A stretch of DNA of 64,000 nt, from IMG/VR virus record IMGVR_UViG_3300017754_002544, positions 1-64,000 of that record. One strand, given 5' to 3'. The stretch is from a virus. Below, in pieces: positions 17,908-28,300 of the stretch. The number at the start of each line of letters is the position of its first letter. Within the stretch, counting starts at the first letter, position 1. Under the pieces are notes generated by a model, which worked only from the letters and a program-made list of their open reading frames with translations, was not told the DNA's origin and searched no databases. Made by a program: the position numbers and the translations under genes.

Positions 17908-19095
17908 ATGGCTACAGAAACATCTAAATCTAGAGCAAAAGACGCTCAGAATGTAGATCCTAATGAGGTTCTTCAATACCTATTATCTAAAAATGTATCT
18001 ATAAATCATGCTGTAGGTATGGTTACAAATATGTATTATGAATCACTTTTTGACCCATTAGCAATGGGAGATAAAGGAACTTCAGCCGGACTATTTCAAC
18101 ACCATGCAGATAGAAAAGCAAAATTAATGAAAGCAACAAATGGGGATTTATCCAATTGGAAAGCTCAGGTTGATTATGCTTTATCAGAAAGTGCTAGTAA
18201 AAAGTATTTATCAAGAAGTTTTAAAACGCCTGAAGAGGCATCTTATTGGTTTACTTACAATTGGGAGAACCCATCTAATAGAGCTGAGAAAGCAGTTCAA
18301 AGACAATCTTGGATAAAATCTTTTAATGGAGGGCAGTACTTTACAGGAATATACAATCCTAATAATTTAAATGTTGAATTAAAAGCTGTAGCACCTTCAA
18401 AGTCTAGTGGCAAAAAGGCTACATATACAAATCTTGAAGGCACAGCTACAGAAGAAGCAACTATTCCAGAACCTCAACCATATATACCTTCAGCCTATAT
18501 TCCACCAGAAATGATGAGTGGAGTTGATTATGGTCCACAAGAATTCGTAGCTGAAGTTGAGAAAGAGCAAGATAAACAAGTTGAGAAAGAAACTAAAAGT
18601 CAAGAATCTCAAGCAAGAGCCGAGTTAGATGCAAAAACTCAAGAGGCACAACAGAAAGAGAATGAAATGGCATTTTTAAAAACAATACAAAATGCAGTTG
18701 ATGTAAGTGCTTTAAATCAAAATCAAAATACTTCACAAGAAGACCAAAATAGAATGGCCAATATGGCAGCAGGATATCAATTCGAAGAAATGCCAATTCA
18801 GCAATCTTTACCTCAATTACCTACAATATACCAATTTGAAGAAGGAGGAGAAAAGTCAGAGGAAGATGAAGAAGAAGTTGAAGAATCTGAAAATGAAGAT
18901 GAAAACAATGAAGAATCTGAGGACGAAGATAGCAACGAAGAAAATATGGAAGAGGGTGAAGAAAGTGAAGATGATGAGGAAGAAGATAAAGGAGAGGATA
19001 AAGATGAAGATGAAGATGAGGTAGAATATTTAACTCCTGAAGAAATCGAAGAATTAATTAAAAAAGGCTACAAAATCGAGTACGTTAAAGAATGA
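17908..19095 (+). CDS. Virion-associated lysozyme (phage tail lysozyme type) with long acidic tail
   Basis: AVGMVTNMYYES...GDKGTSAGLFQH...AQVDYAL...WENP; ~57-aa D/E tract after FEEGG. Confidence 0.75.
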   Translation: MATETSKSRAKDAQNVDPNEVLQYLLSKNVSINHAVGMVTNMYYESLFDPLAMGDKGTSAGLFQHHADRKAKLMKATNGDLSNWKAQVDYALSESASKKYLSRSFKTPEEASYWFTYNWENPSNRAEKAVQRQSWIKSFNGGQYFTGIYNPNNLNVELKAVAPSKSSGKKATYTNLEGTATEEATIPEPQPYIPSAYIPPEMMSGVDYGPQEFVAEVEKEQDKQVEKETKSQESQARAELDAKTQEAQQKENEMAFLKTIQNAVDVSALNQNQNTSQEDQNRMANMAAGYQFEEMPIQQSLPQLPTIYQFEEGGEKSEEDEEEVEESENEDENNEESEDEDSNEENMEEGEESEDDEEEDKGEDKDEDEDEVEYLTPEEIEELIKKGYKIEYVKE

Positions 19096-22000
19096 AAAAG
19101 TCTAGTAGAAAAACAAAAAGAAAAGGAACAGTAGCCGTAAAAGTTATAGCTCCTAAGAAATTTGCAACTGGTGGAGCTGTCTCTTTTGATTTTGATGATA
19201 CGCTAAGTACAGATTTAGGATTACAAATGGCTAAAAGTAATCCAAGTTCAAATAAGTATGTAATATCAGCTAGATCAGAGGTAACTCCAGATATGATTGC
19301 TAGAGCTCGTCAAGCAGGGATACCTGATAGTAACATATTTGCAACTGGTTCTGATGAAGCTAAAGTAGCTAAGATACAAGAACTTGGTATCAAAAAACAC
19401 TTAGATAATAAAAAGTCAGTAATTGATAGATTAGGTTTTAAAGGTCAATTATTTGAAAATGGTGGAAATAAAAAAGGAAATCCACCGTACAAATCGCCTG
19501 TTCAAATAGTTCCATACTATAGTTTTAATCAACCAACTACTCCAGAAGAATGGGTTAAATCTATAGATCAAATAGAAAAAATAATAGGTAATCCATCTAC
19601 ATGGACACAAGATGACTATAATATATATCAAAATAAGTTAAACGAATATAAGATATGGAGAGAAACAACTCCTGAAGGACAGGCAGTTGTTGATTCTAGT
19701 AAAAGACCAAATGAATACGTAATTCCATTACCAACTCAATTAAGTACTTATTTAACATCCGAACAAAATAGGATACTACAAGAAAATCCAGAGCTTCAAT
19801 TTATACCTAAATCTAAATTTGCATTTGGAATGCCAGGAGCATATGGAGTTACAGATGAAGTAGGTTATGCATATGGTGGGTACTCAGGACTATTTAGATA
19901 CGCTGATGGAGGAACCGAAGGAGAGCCTATAGAAAATCCACCTATATATACATGGGAAGGAGATCCAAATAGCTATTACAGAAAAGACGAAAAAGGAAAT
20001 TGGAGATACTTAAATAAGGATACACAATCAGAATTTGCAAGTGGTCTATATGCTTTTGATAAGGTAAGAAATCGTAAAGTCAAAAAGAAACTTGATGCAG
20101 AAGCTGTATTAAATCCAAATGCGGAAGCAGTATTAAATCAATGGGGTAATACACTTACAACACCAGAGATTTCTGAAGTAACATTAGGTAGAAAAGAGAC
20201 TCGTAAAGAAAGGAAAGAAAGAGAAGCTAGGTATCAAGCTATGACTCCGGAAGAAAGACGCATATTTGACCAAAGAAAAGAGCAAATGAAGGAGGAAATG
20301 TGGAGAAGAGATAATCCTAATCTTTTAGCAAATAACTTCTTTAATGATCCTTCAAATATGACCTCTGAGCAATTGCGTCAAATGGCCTATAAAGTTCCTT
20401 TTGCTGAAGCACAGAAATGGTTGGATATGGCAGAAGTTCAAGCGAGAAGAGAAGGAGAGCTAAGAACAAATAAACGAGAAAAGGATTATTTTCAAATGGG
20501 CATGAGTACAATGCATGGTGGTGATTATCTTGCTCCTGGAGAAACTTATGCTAGTACATATAATAAACTAAACAACTTTAAAACTTCTGAAGAATTACCT
20601 TATGCATATGCTGGAACAGATAAGTCTGGCAATATACAGTTAATGACTCAAGAACAAAAAGCTAAGAATGATGCTCAACTAGCTCAGATTACAGCTGTCA
20701 ATGAAGCATTAAAAAATAGAGCTCTTATTGAACAAATAGAAGGACGAAAGTTAACTGATTCAGACATATATGGAGAAGATGGTAACTACAATCCTAATTT
20801 AGCAAAATATAGTACTCAAGAATATTTAGGAAAAATAGATGACCAAAAATATCAAAACTTTTTAGCAGAAAATCAAAAAGCAGCAGATGAAGCAGGCATA
20901 CTATATAATAGTATGGACTTTTTAAGAAATCTAGCAGTAAACTTTCCAAGTACTACAATCAATCTTCTTGAAGGTAAGATGCCTTTATTTCAACAAGGTT
21001 TAGGTCTTAGATCCGAAGATCCTGAATTACGAGCTATGTATGAAGGATATATGCCAGCAGGAGGAACAGATACTGATTATTGGTTTAATTTTATAAATCC
21101 AGTGGCATCTCTACAAGAGGCTAAAATAAGCTATGATTTAGGAAATTATGGTAATGCTGCATTAGCAGGATTAGGTGCATTACCTCTTATAGGCGCAGTA
21201 GGAAAAGGTACTGCCAAAGGTATTGGAATTTTAGATGATGCCTATAGAGCAGCTATGTCTAAGTCTGATGAATTTGCTAGGTCATTTAATTTAGCAGATG
21301 AAGCACCAGAAAGTAGTTATACATTTACTCAAAGTACTGATGATTTAGCTAATTTAGCAGATGAAGCAACAACAAGTGTTGGGGCTAGAAATAATCCTAC
21401 TAATTTTTATGATGAATACTTATTTAATGAAAATGTAAATTTAGAGAGAATTCCAGAAGAAGATTTGATGACTGCTTTTTCAGAAAATCCAAATGCTACA
21501 ATAGTAGAAGCTATATCTCCTACTTTACCAGGAAATTATACTAATTTAAATGAATTATTAATAGCTCAAGACAAAGCCTTTAGTGAAGGTGTCGACATTT
21601 CTAATAGATGGGCTTTAGCAGATAGTGAAAAATATTTTAGTACTATAGATGAAGCTAGTAAAATGATGGAAGAGATACCTAAAATACAAGATCAAAAAGC
21701 TGCAATAATTAATCAGAGAGAATTAGTTGTTCAAAAGTCAATCGAAGATTTTATGCAAAGTAAGGGATTGCTTGAAAAATACAAAGAGAATCCCTTTAGA
21801 ACAGATATACCCCATTCATTTTTTATTGAGTTCCATGATGACTTGATGAAAAATCCTGATTATGTGAAATTAACTGATGAAATTAATTCATATGACGAAG
21901 CTATAAAACAAATAGAAGTAAGTGCTAATCAAAAAATAGTAGATGCAGAACAATATGTAGATCCAATATTTAAAGAAAAAGTACAAAATCTATATAATCT

Positions 22001-22868
22001 TGCCGGACAAAATGCACCTGAATTAGCAAATATTCAAAAGGATATTCCAATATTTCTACAACTAAATGAATCAGATCCATTATTTTCAACATTATCAAAA
22101 GAAGCTCAAGACTACATTAGAAAAAATAGAGGTGAAATTTATGGTACATCTGGGTTACCAAAAGGCGAAACAGTAACATTAGGATCTATAGCAGGAGATG
22201 AATTAACCTATTTATCAACTCCAAAAGACTCTTCAATAAATACAGAAATAGTGAGATCTGTAGAACAAAAATTTTTACTTCCAGAAGATGTTAGAGCAAC
22301 TGCGGTACATGAAGGGGGTCATGCCATTTCTCAAAAAGCATATAATAATTGGGTTAAATTAGTTGCAGAATATGACCCTATGTATTTATATTATGTAAAT
22401 CATAGTAGAAACGACATTGCAAAAGAGTTTAAAAGATGGATGGTTGACCCAACCCTTCCTGTTGATGGTAAATATACAACTCAAACTTGGAAAAGTGGTA
22501 TTGGAGAGTTACATTCTGAATTAATGGCAGCAAGAGCTGAAGTTGTATCTAATTATGTAAAAAAGAATGGTATGTCTATCGATGAAGCTGTAGAACTAGT
22601 TAAAAAACAAGAAGCAGAAGGCGACCCATTCTTATTTGAATACTACCTAAATGAATCTCCTGCTGAGTTAAGAAAACATTTTAAACCAGATACTCCTGAC
22701 CAAATAAAAAAACAATTGATTCAAATACTTCCAGCTGGTATTGTAATTGCAGGAACAGCATCAGGTATATCTATGGCAGGAAGTGGAGATGGCTCAACAA
22801 CCAATACTCAAGGATATAAATTAGGAGGAAGTCATAAAAATAAATACATTGGTTTATTTAGACAATAA
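19092..22868 (+). CDS. Multidomain putative internal virion protein (HAD module, hydrophobic segment, zincin HExxH domain)
   Basis: 1258 aa; SFDFDDTL HAD motif I; AALAGLGALPLIG hydrophobic helix; HEGGH at 22308-22322; five GG motifs. Confidence 0.65.
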   Translation: MKKSSRKTKRKGTVAVKVIAPKKFATGGAVSFDFDDTLSTDLGLQMAKSNPSSNKYVISARSEVTPDMIARARQAGIPDSNIFATGSDEAKVAKIQELGIKKHLDNKKSVIDRLGFKGQLFENGGNKKGNPPYKSPVQIVPYYSFNQPTTPEEWVKSIDQIEKIIGNPSTWTQDDYNIYQNKLNEYKIWRETTPEGQAVVDSSKRPNEYVIPLPTQLSTYLTSEQNRILQENPELQFIPKSKFAFGMPGAYGVTDEVGYAYGGYSGLFRYADGGTEGEPIENPPIYTWEGDPNSYYRKDEKGNWRYLNKDTQSEFASGLYAFDKVRNRKVKKKLDAEAVLNPNAEAVLNQWGNTLTTPEISEVTLGRKETRKERKEREARYQAMTPEERRIFDQRKEQMKEEMWRRDNPNLLANNFFNDPSNMTSEQLRQMAYKVPFAEAQKWLDMAEVQARREGELRTNKREKDYFQMGMSTMHGGDYLAPGETYASTYNKLNNFKTSEELPYAYAGTDKSGNIQLMTQEQKAKNDAQLAQITAVNEALKNRALIEQIEGRKLTDSDIYGEDGNYNPNLAKYSTQEYLGKIDDQKYQNFLAENQKAADEAGILYNSMDFLRNLAVNFPSTTINLLEGKMPLFQQGLGLRSEDPELRAMYEGYMPAGGTDTDYWFNFINPVASLQEAKISYDLGNYGNAALAGLGALPLIGAVGKGTAKGIGILDDAYRAAMSKSDEFARSFNLADEAPESSYTFTQSTDDLANLADEATTSVGARNNPTNFYDEYLFNENVNLERIPEEDLMTAFSENPNATIVEAISPTLPGNYTNLNELLIAQDKAFSEGVDISNRWALADSEKYFSTIDEASKMMEEIPKIQDQKAAIINQRELVVQKSIEDFMQSKGLLEKYKENPFRTDIPHSFFIEFHDDLMKNPDYVKLTDEINSYDEAIKQIEVSANQKIVDAEQYVDPIFKEKVQNLYNLAGQNAPELANIQKDIPIFLQLNESDPLFSTLSKEAQDYIRKNRGEIYGTSGLPKGETVTLGSIAGDELTYLSTPKDSSINTEIVRSVEQKFLLPEDVRATAVHEGGHAISQKAYNNWVKLVAEYDPMYLYYVNHSRNDIAKEFKRWMVDPTLPVDGKYTTQTWKSGIGELHSELMAARAEVVSNYVKKNGMSIDEAVELVKKQEAEGDPFLFEYYLNESPAELRKHFKPDTPDQIKKQLIQILPAGIVIAGTASGISMAGSGDGSTTNTQGYKLGGSHKNKYIGLFRQ

Positions 22869-22944
22869 GTAATAAGAAAATCAATCTATTTTATAAATAT
22901 ATAATATTTTTATAATTTTATAAATTCAGTAATACACAATCAAT

Positions 22945-25380
22945 ATGGATTTAAATGAATTGAGAAGGATGGCAAATATGATGAGGCTTCAAAACCTTGG
23001 ATATTTCAATCAAAATCCCAATCCTATAGGACCTTACACATCATATGATAATTTATATGGTACTCCTAATGTAATTCAGCCAGGTCAAGAAGCATTTCCA
23101 TTGCCAATGACACCTACTCCTAGTATGCTTATTCCAGGATTATCTCAGACACCTGTTGAACCTAGTGCTGACATACCATTTAATTTTTTTAATAGAGCTG
23201 ATAGGTTACAAAGAAGAGCCGAAAGAAGTATGCCTATGGATCCATCTATGGAAGGATACTCTGATTATGCCGATATACCTTATAATTTTTTTAATAGAGC
23301 TGATAGGTTACAAAGAAGAGCAGATAATCAGATGACTATGAATTTAGGAATGGATGGAATGTATACAAGCCAAGATGCTACTAGTTTACCACAAATGCCT
23401 AAATATACTAGTTTAGACCAACTTAAACAGGACTATCAATCCGGTGCTGATAAAAATATTGAAACATATTATTACAAAGAGTTTGACAGGCTTACAGAAA
23501 TAGACTCTATTGATAAAGATTTTAAATCAGGTAAAATAACTCAAGCTGAAAGAGACAGTAAGGTAAACGAGATAAATCAAAAATATGTAGATACAATGCC
23601 TACAGTTTCTGCACAACAAGCTGAAACACCTACAGTAGGCGAAGAGACACCTGAAGATGCATACAAAAAATATCTAGATTTAATGATGTATTCTAGATTA
23701 GGTACTTCTGGATTATCTATTCCTGAAACAGCATTCTTAACAGGTAAGTATCTTGGACTAGCACCTGGAACTAAAGGTAAGTGGTTAGGAGCTGGATTAG
23801 GTTTCGCAGACTTAGCATTAAAAGGGGCAAGAGAAGTTTTATCAGGAATTGGATACCAGAAAGCTAATGAAGAAGCAAAGAGATGGTATGCCGAGCAAAT
23901 GAATAAAAGAAGGTATGAACCAATAAGTGAAACTAGAACTGGTTATACAGGAGACATTGCAACAGCTGCTGAAGGTGGTACTTTCAATAATCCCGGATTT
24001 AACGCTCTTCCACAGAATATTCAAAATAAGATAATGCAAGGTTATCAAAATAAGAAGTATGCTGAAGGTGGAGGACCAGGTGATAGACTTAAAGAGTTTG
24101 GAGAAAAACTAAAAGAAAATGCTTTCTTCTCTGCGTATCCATATGAATATAATGCTTTTGATACCATGAATAGAAGAAATGATACATTAGCAATAGAGAA
24201 TTGGTATGAAGGTAATCCAAGTCCAAATTACCAAGATGCTTATTATACTCCAAATAATAAATTTGGTATAGGTTATGAAAAATATCTTAAATTTAATCCG
24301 ATACAAGCTATAAGACCATCAATAGGCATAAATGTAGGCCTTCCTTATAGTGGAGGTTTTAAACCAAGTGTAGAAGGATTTTTTAGTGGTAAATATACAG
24401 CAAGAAGAGGAGAAAACTCAGGGATTCCAAAAGTAAAATCAACTCTTAGTGCAGGATATTCGCCTGAAGAAGGTTTAAATGCAAGTATAAATCTTAATCC
24501 TTATTGGGATATATTTAAAAATAGAGTAGGTAGAGATACTATGGGAATACCTTTTCAAAAAGGTTATAATACTAAATTTTTAAGAGGTTATGCAGGTCCA
24601 GCATTTGAATTTGCATCAAGCTTCAAACAAGCGAATGATCCAGCATATTCTGGAGGAAAAAGATTTTTTGCTGGACCATCTTTTAATTATGGAGCTCAAG
24701 CTGGATTTACAACAAAACCTTTTGAGAAATCTAATCTTCAATTAAAAGGGGATTTTGGATTATTTTGGAATCCAGTAGGTGGAAAAGGTAAAGAAGGTGA
24801 TGAAGCCGGAAAATTGCAAGGAGGCTGGAATCCATCAGCAAAAATAGGAATAACATATCCATTAGTAAATACACCTTCATTTCCTAGTAAAATTAAAGAC
24901 GACCAAGACTTTTATAAATCTCTACAAGAGAGTGAAAATAAACAAATGGAAGACTCTAAAAGAGAAGAAGAAAAGAGACAGAGAATGATGAAAAATGTTG
25001 AACCAATGGGAGAATCAAGACATCCTAGATGGTTAGAAAATGGTGGCAAATTCAATAATCCTGGTTTTAATGCTCTTCCAGTAAATGTTCAAAATAGAAT
25101 TATTCAAGGATATCAAGGAAGGAAATATGCTGAGGGAGGAGAGATGCCACCTTTAGTTGAAGATGCTAATTCATATTTAGATTTATTTTCATTTTTAACA
25201 CAAGGTCAAATGCCAACAGATTATTCAGCAATGGCTCCTATGGATATGGGATTACAACAATCTGATTTCGCTACCGATCCAATGTACCAACCAGGAGAAT
25301 ACATAGAATTTGAGTATGGTGGTAAAATGCATAAAGGTATAATTAAGAGTAATAACGGAAAGACAATTTCATTAAAATGA
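22945..25380 (+). CDS. Putative internal virion protein with internal repeats and a beta-rich cassette
   Basis: 811 aa; two repeat pairs; five GG motifs. Confidence 0.6.
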   Translation: MDLNELRRMANMMRLQNLGYFNQNPNPIGPYTSYDNLYGTPNVIQPGQEAFPLPMTPTPSMLIPGLSQTPVEPSADIPFNFFNRADRLQRRAERSMPMDPSMEGYSDYADIPYNFFNRADRLQRRADNQMTMNLGMDGMYTSQDATSLPQMPKYTSLDQLKQDYQSGADKNIETYYYKEFDRLTEIDSIDKDFKSGKITQAERDSKVNEINQKYVDTMPTVSAQQAETPTVGEETPEDAYKKYLDLMMYSRLGTSGLSIPETAFLTGKYLGLAPGTKGKWLGAGLGFADLALKGAREVLSGIGYQKANEEAKRWYAEQMNKRRYEPISETRTGYTGDIATAAEGGTFNNPGFNALPQNIQNKIMQGYQNKKYAEGGGPGDRLKEFGEKLKENAFFSAYPYEYNAFDTMNRRNDTLAIENWYEGNPSPNYQDAYYTPNNKFGIGYEKYLKFNPIQAIRPSIGINVGLPYSGGFKPSVEGFFSGKYTARRGENSGIPKVKSTLSAGYSPEEGLNASINLNPYWDIFKNRVGRDTMGIPFQKGYNTKFLRGYAGPAFEFASSFKQANDPAYSGGKRFFAGPSFNYGAQAGFTTKPFEKSNLQLKGDFGLFWNPVGGKGKEGDEAGKLQGGWNPSAKIGITYPLVNTPSFPSKIKDDQDFYKSLQESENKQMEDSKREEEKRQRMMKNVEPMGESRHPRWLENGGKFNNPGFNALPVNVQNRIIQGYQGRKYAEGGEMPPLVEDANSYLDLFSFLTQGQMPTDYSAMAPMDMGLQQSDFATDPMYQPGEYIEFEYGGKMHKGIIKSNNGKTISLK
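23167..23323 (+). repeat. Internal direct repeat pair (23167-23222 and 23269-23323)
   Basis: ADIP(F/Y)NFFNRADRLQRRA twice, with a near-identical nucleotide core. Confidence 0.9.
23968..24072 (+). repeat. GG-linker repeat, copy 1 (copy 2 at 25036-25140)
   Basis: AEGGTFNNPGFNALPQNIQNKIMQGYQNKKYAEGG. Confidence 0.9.
25036..25140 (+). repeat. GG-linker repeat, copy 2
   Basis: ENGGKFNNPGFNALPVNVQNRIIQGYQGRKYAEGG. Confidence 0.9.
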
Positions 25381-28300
25381 AAAAGTTCGATACTAAAAAA
25401 ATAAAGATTAAATCCAAGAAAGAACCCTCAATGGAGGAGAAGCTTACTGGATCTGTAATATCAGAATTAAAAACTGATAAAGTTGAACCTAACGCAGAGT
25501 TAGAGGGAGATGAAATTGTACAATTCCCTGATGGATTAATCCAAACTGTTAAAGGTGAACCTCACTCTAAGGGTGGGGTAAAAATGAATATACCTGATGG
25601 CACGAGGATTATATCAAATAAGCTTACGTTATCAAAAAAAGATGTAACTAGATTAAAAGATAAGTATGATTTAAATACATCAACTAATGATACTTATGCT
25701 AAAGCATTTGATAAGTTCCTAAAGAAAAGTGGAATAACAAGACTTAACGAAGAACAGAAGGGGTATTTTGAAACATTAAAGAAGCAATTAGAAAGTGAAA
25801 GTATTCCATCTGCCACTTTTAGATTGAACCAAGAACATTTATCTAAAAAGATAAGTGAGATAGAAATGCAGAAACAAATCAAAGAAGATGTAAAGAAAGA
25901 AGTTTTCAATGACATATTTCAAATGCAAGAAGTATCTAAGTCACCTGATAAAAAAGCAAAATCAGAATCAGGAGAGTACAAATATGGAGGGACATATAGA
26001 AAGTTTGCAATGGGTGGATTTCAACCAATGAATGGTATGCCGTATGGAAATTATTCAGGCTTGTATTCTAAAGGAGTATCGCCAAATATTCCAATGATGC
26101 CTTCAACTCCCCCACCTCCACCACCACCTCCACCAATGTCTCAGAAAGGAAAAGATATGTTTAAAGCTGAGAAGGGAGGTACTAAAAATGAATTTAGCAT
26201 TTCTGAAATAAAAGTAGTACCTAAGCCTAGAACTCGCTATGCTGATGGAGGCCCAAAAAATCCATGTCCTGAAGGAATGACCTATGATCCAGTTTATGGA
26301 TGTGCTCCAGTTGATACTATTATATATCCCCCAGGAGATTCTGAGTATATGAATCAACCTCGTCTTAATTATGACATTATTGAAATGCTTAATCAAAAAT
26401 ATAGAAGAGATGCCGAAGAATATATAAGGGATATGAATGACCCCACTAATATTCAAAGAGCTACACCTGCAGAACAACAGAAATTTTATATGAATCAAGG
26501 ATTAGTTTCTGCACAAAATGGTGGTACTATTAATATGTCAGGAGCTACTTATGCTAAAGGTGGAGAAAAGAAATCAGGTTATGGAAACTTAACTCAAAGT
26601 CAATTCCAATCTTTATGTAAGAAGTATGGAATGACAGAAGAACAAGGTAAAGTTCTTTTGCTAAGTAAAACTAAACAGTATGCTATAGGTGGTGTAGCCG
26701 ATAGTGGGGATCCATATGTAGTAGTAAATCCTGATGGGACTCACGTATTAAGAACTTCAGAAGGAGATATGCCACTTGGTAAAGGAGATTATAAGATAAA
26801 TCCTGATGGAACAGTAGACGTATTTAAGCAGGTAGGTGCATCTAGGATGATAACTACGCCTTATTATTACCAAAACCCACAATCTGATACTGAAGACTTA
26901 TTAACTCCAGAAGACTATGTTAAAGGTGACTATGCGTCTGCAGCTGCTTTAGGTAAAGCTAGTCCTACAAATATAAATTTAGTTCAAAAAGAAGATGGAA
27001 GTTTTGAAGCAATTAAACCAGAGACTTCTGAAACTAGAACTATACCGAATAAAGATGTAGTTGTAAATAATGATGGAACAGCAACTGTTAAAGTTGATGG
27101 AAACAATGTTACAACTGAATACCAAGTAGTTAATAAAGAAACAGGAGAACTAGAATCTCCAGTAGTTCAAGTAGCTGAGTCTATTGATAAGACTCCAAAA
27201 GGAATGACTAAGCAAGAGTACTTAGCTTTAAAGAAAGAGTTAGATTCACCAATAAAAATTGCTAAGGCATATTCAGAAGGTAAAATAGATGCTCAAACTG
27301 CAAATAAACTACAATTTATATTAGACAATAGCACAGGTGCTCTTTTTACAACTAGTACAGCTGGTAAAAGTGTCTACTCTAAATCCGAATTATATCCTGC
27401 CACATACCAAAAAGTAAATGAAGCAGCTCATGGAAATATAACAAAAGAAGATTTACCATTAGTTATGGAGTATCTGTATAAAAATTTTCCAGACATTGTT
27501 TCTTCAGAAGATATATTTGGAGGTAAATTTGATGAAAGTGGTAAGTTTACTTATAATGAGAGTCTAGATTTTACAAAAGCTTCTGAACAAGTTGGAAAAT
27601 TTCAAGAAAGAGCTAATGATAGAATGAAGGCGACAGCTAGAGTTATATTAGATAATGCACACTTATTTGATACAAAAGATGTAGAAGAAGCAAGAAGATT
27701 TCTATCAGATGAAACATTTAACGAAGGATTGCCAGCTAGAAAGTTTGATAAATTGCTAGGCAACTTTACCTCTGGTAGATATAATTTAGGAGTTAATGTT
27801 GTATCAAAAGACGAACTACAAAAACTAAATGCTTTAAATATATACACTATAAAAGATTTAAATAAAGCAATAGAAGAAAATCCAGAACTTATTAGTGATG
27901 CTAGTAAAGCTAGATTGTACGAGTTATCAGATATTATGTCAGATGATTCAGACTTTCTATTAAATCCAACAGTAGAACCTGAAGTACCAGAAGAGGAACA
28001 AGTAGTGGAACAGAAGCCTATATCTGAGGATGTGACATTACCAAAACCATTTATACCTACTAGATATTTTACACCTGATGTAGCACCACTTCCTCCAACC
28101 GCAATGATGCCACACTTTATGGGTCAGAGTCAATTTGGATTAGCTGAACCAGTTAGAATTGGGATTGAGCAACAAGTACAAGCTACTAATGATATAATGA
28201 GAGATGTGAGTAGACAAGTTCAAGACTTACCACCACAACAAAGAGCTCTTGTTATGTCACAAATGCAGGCAGAAAGAGGCAAACAATTAAATGATGCTGC

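Noticed and set aside
18836-19024. Alternative-frame Lys/Met-rich ORF resembling the basic proteins
   Set aside because: By-product of the GAA/GAT-rich acidic tract read in another frame; TTG start, no independent support
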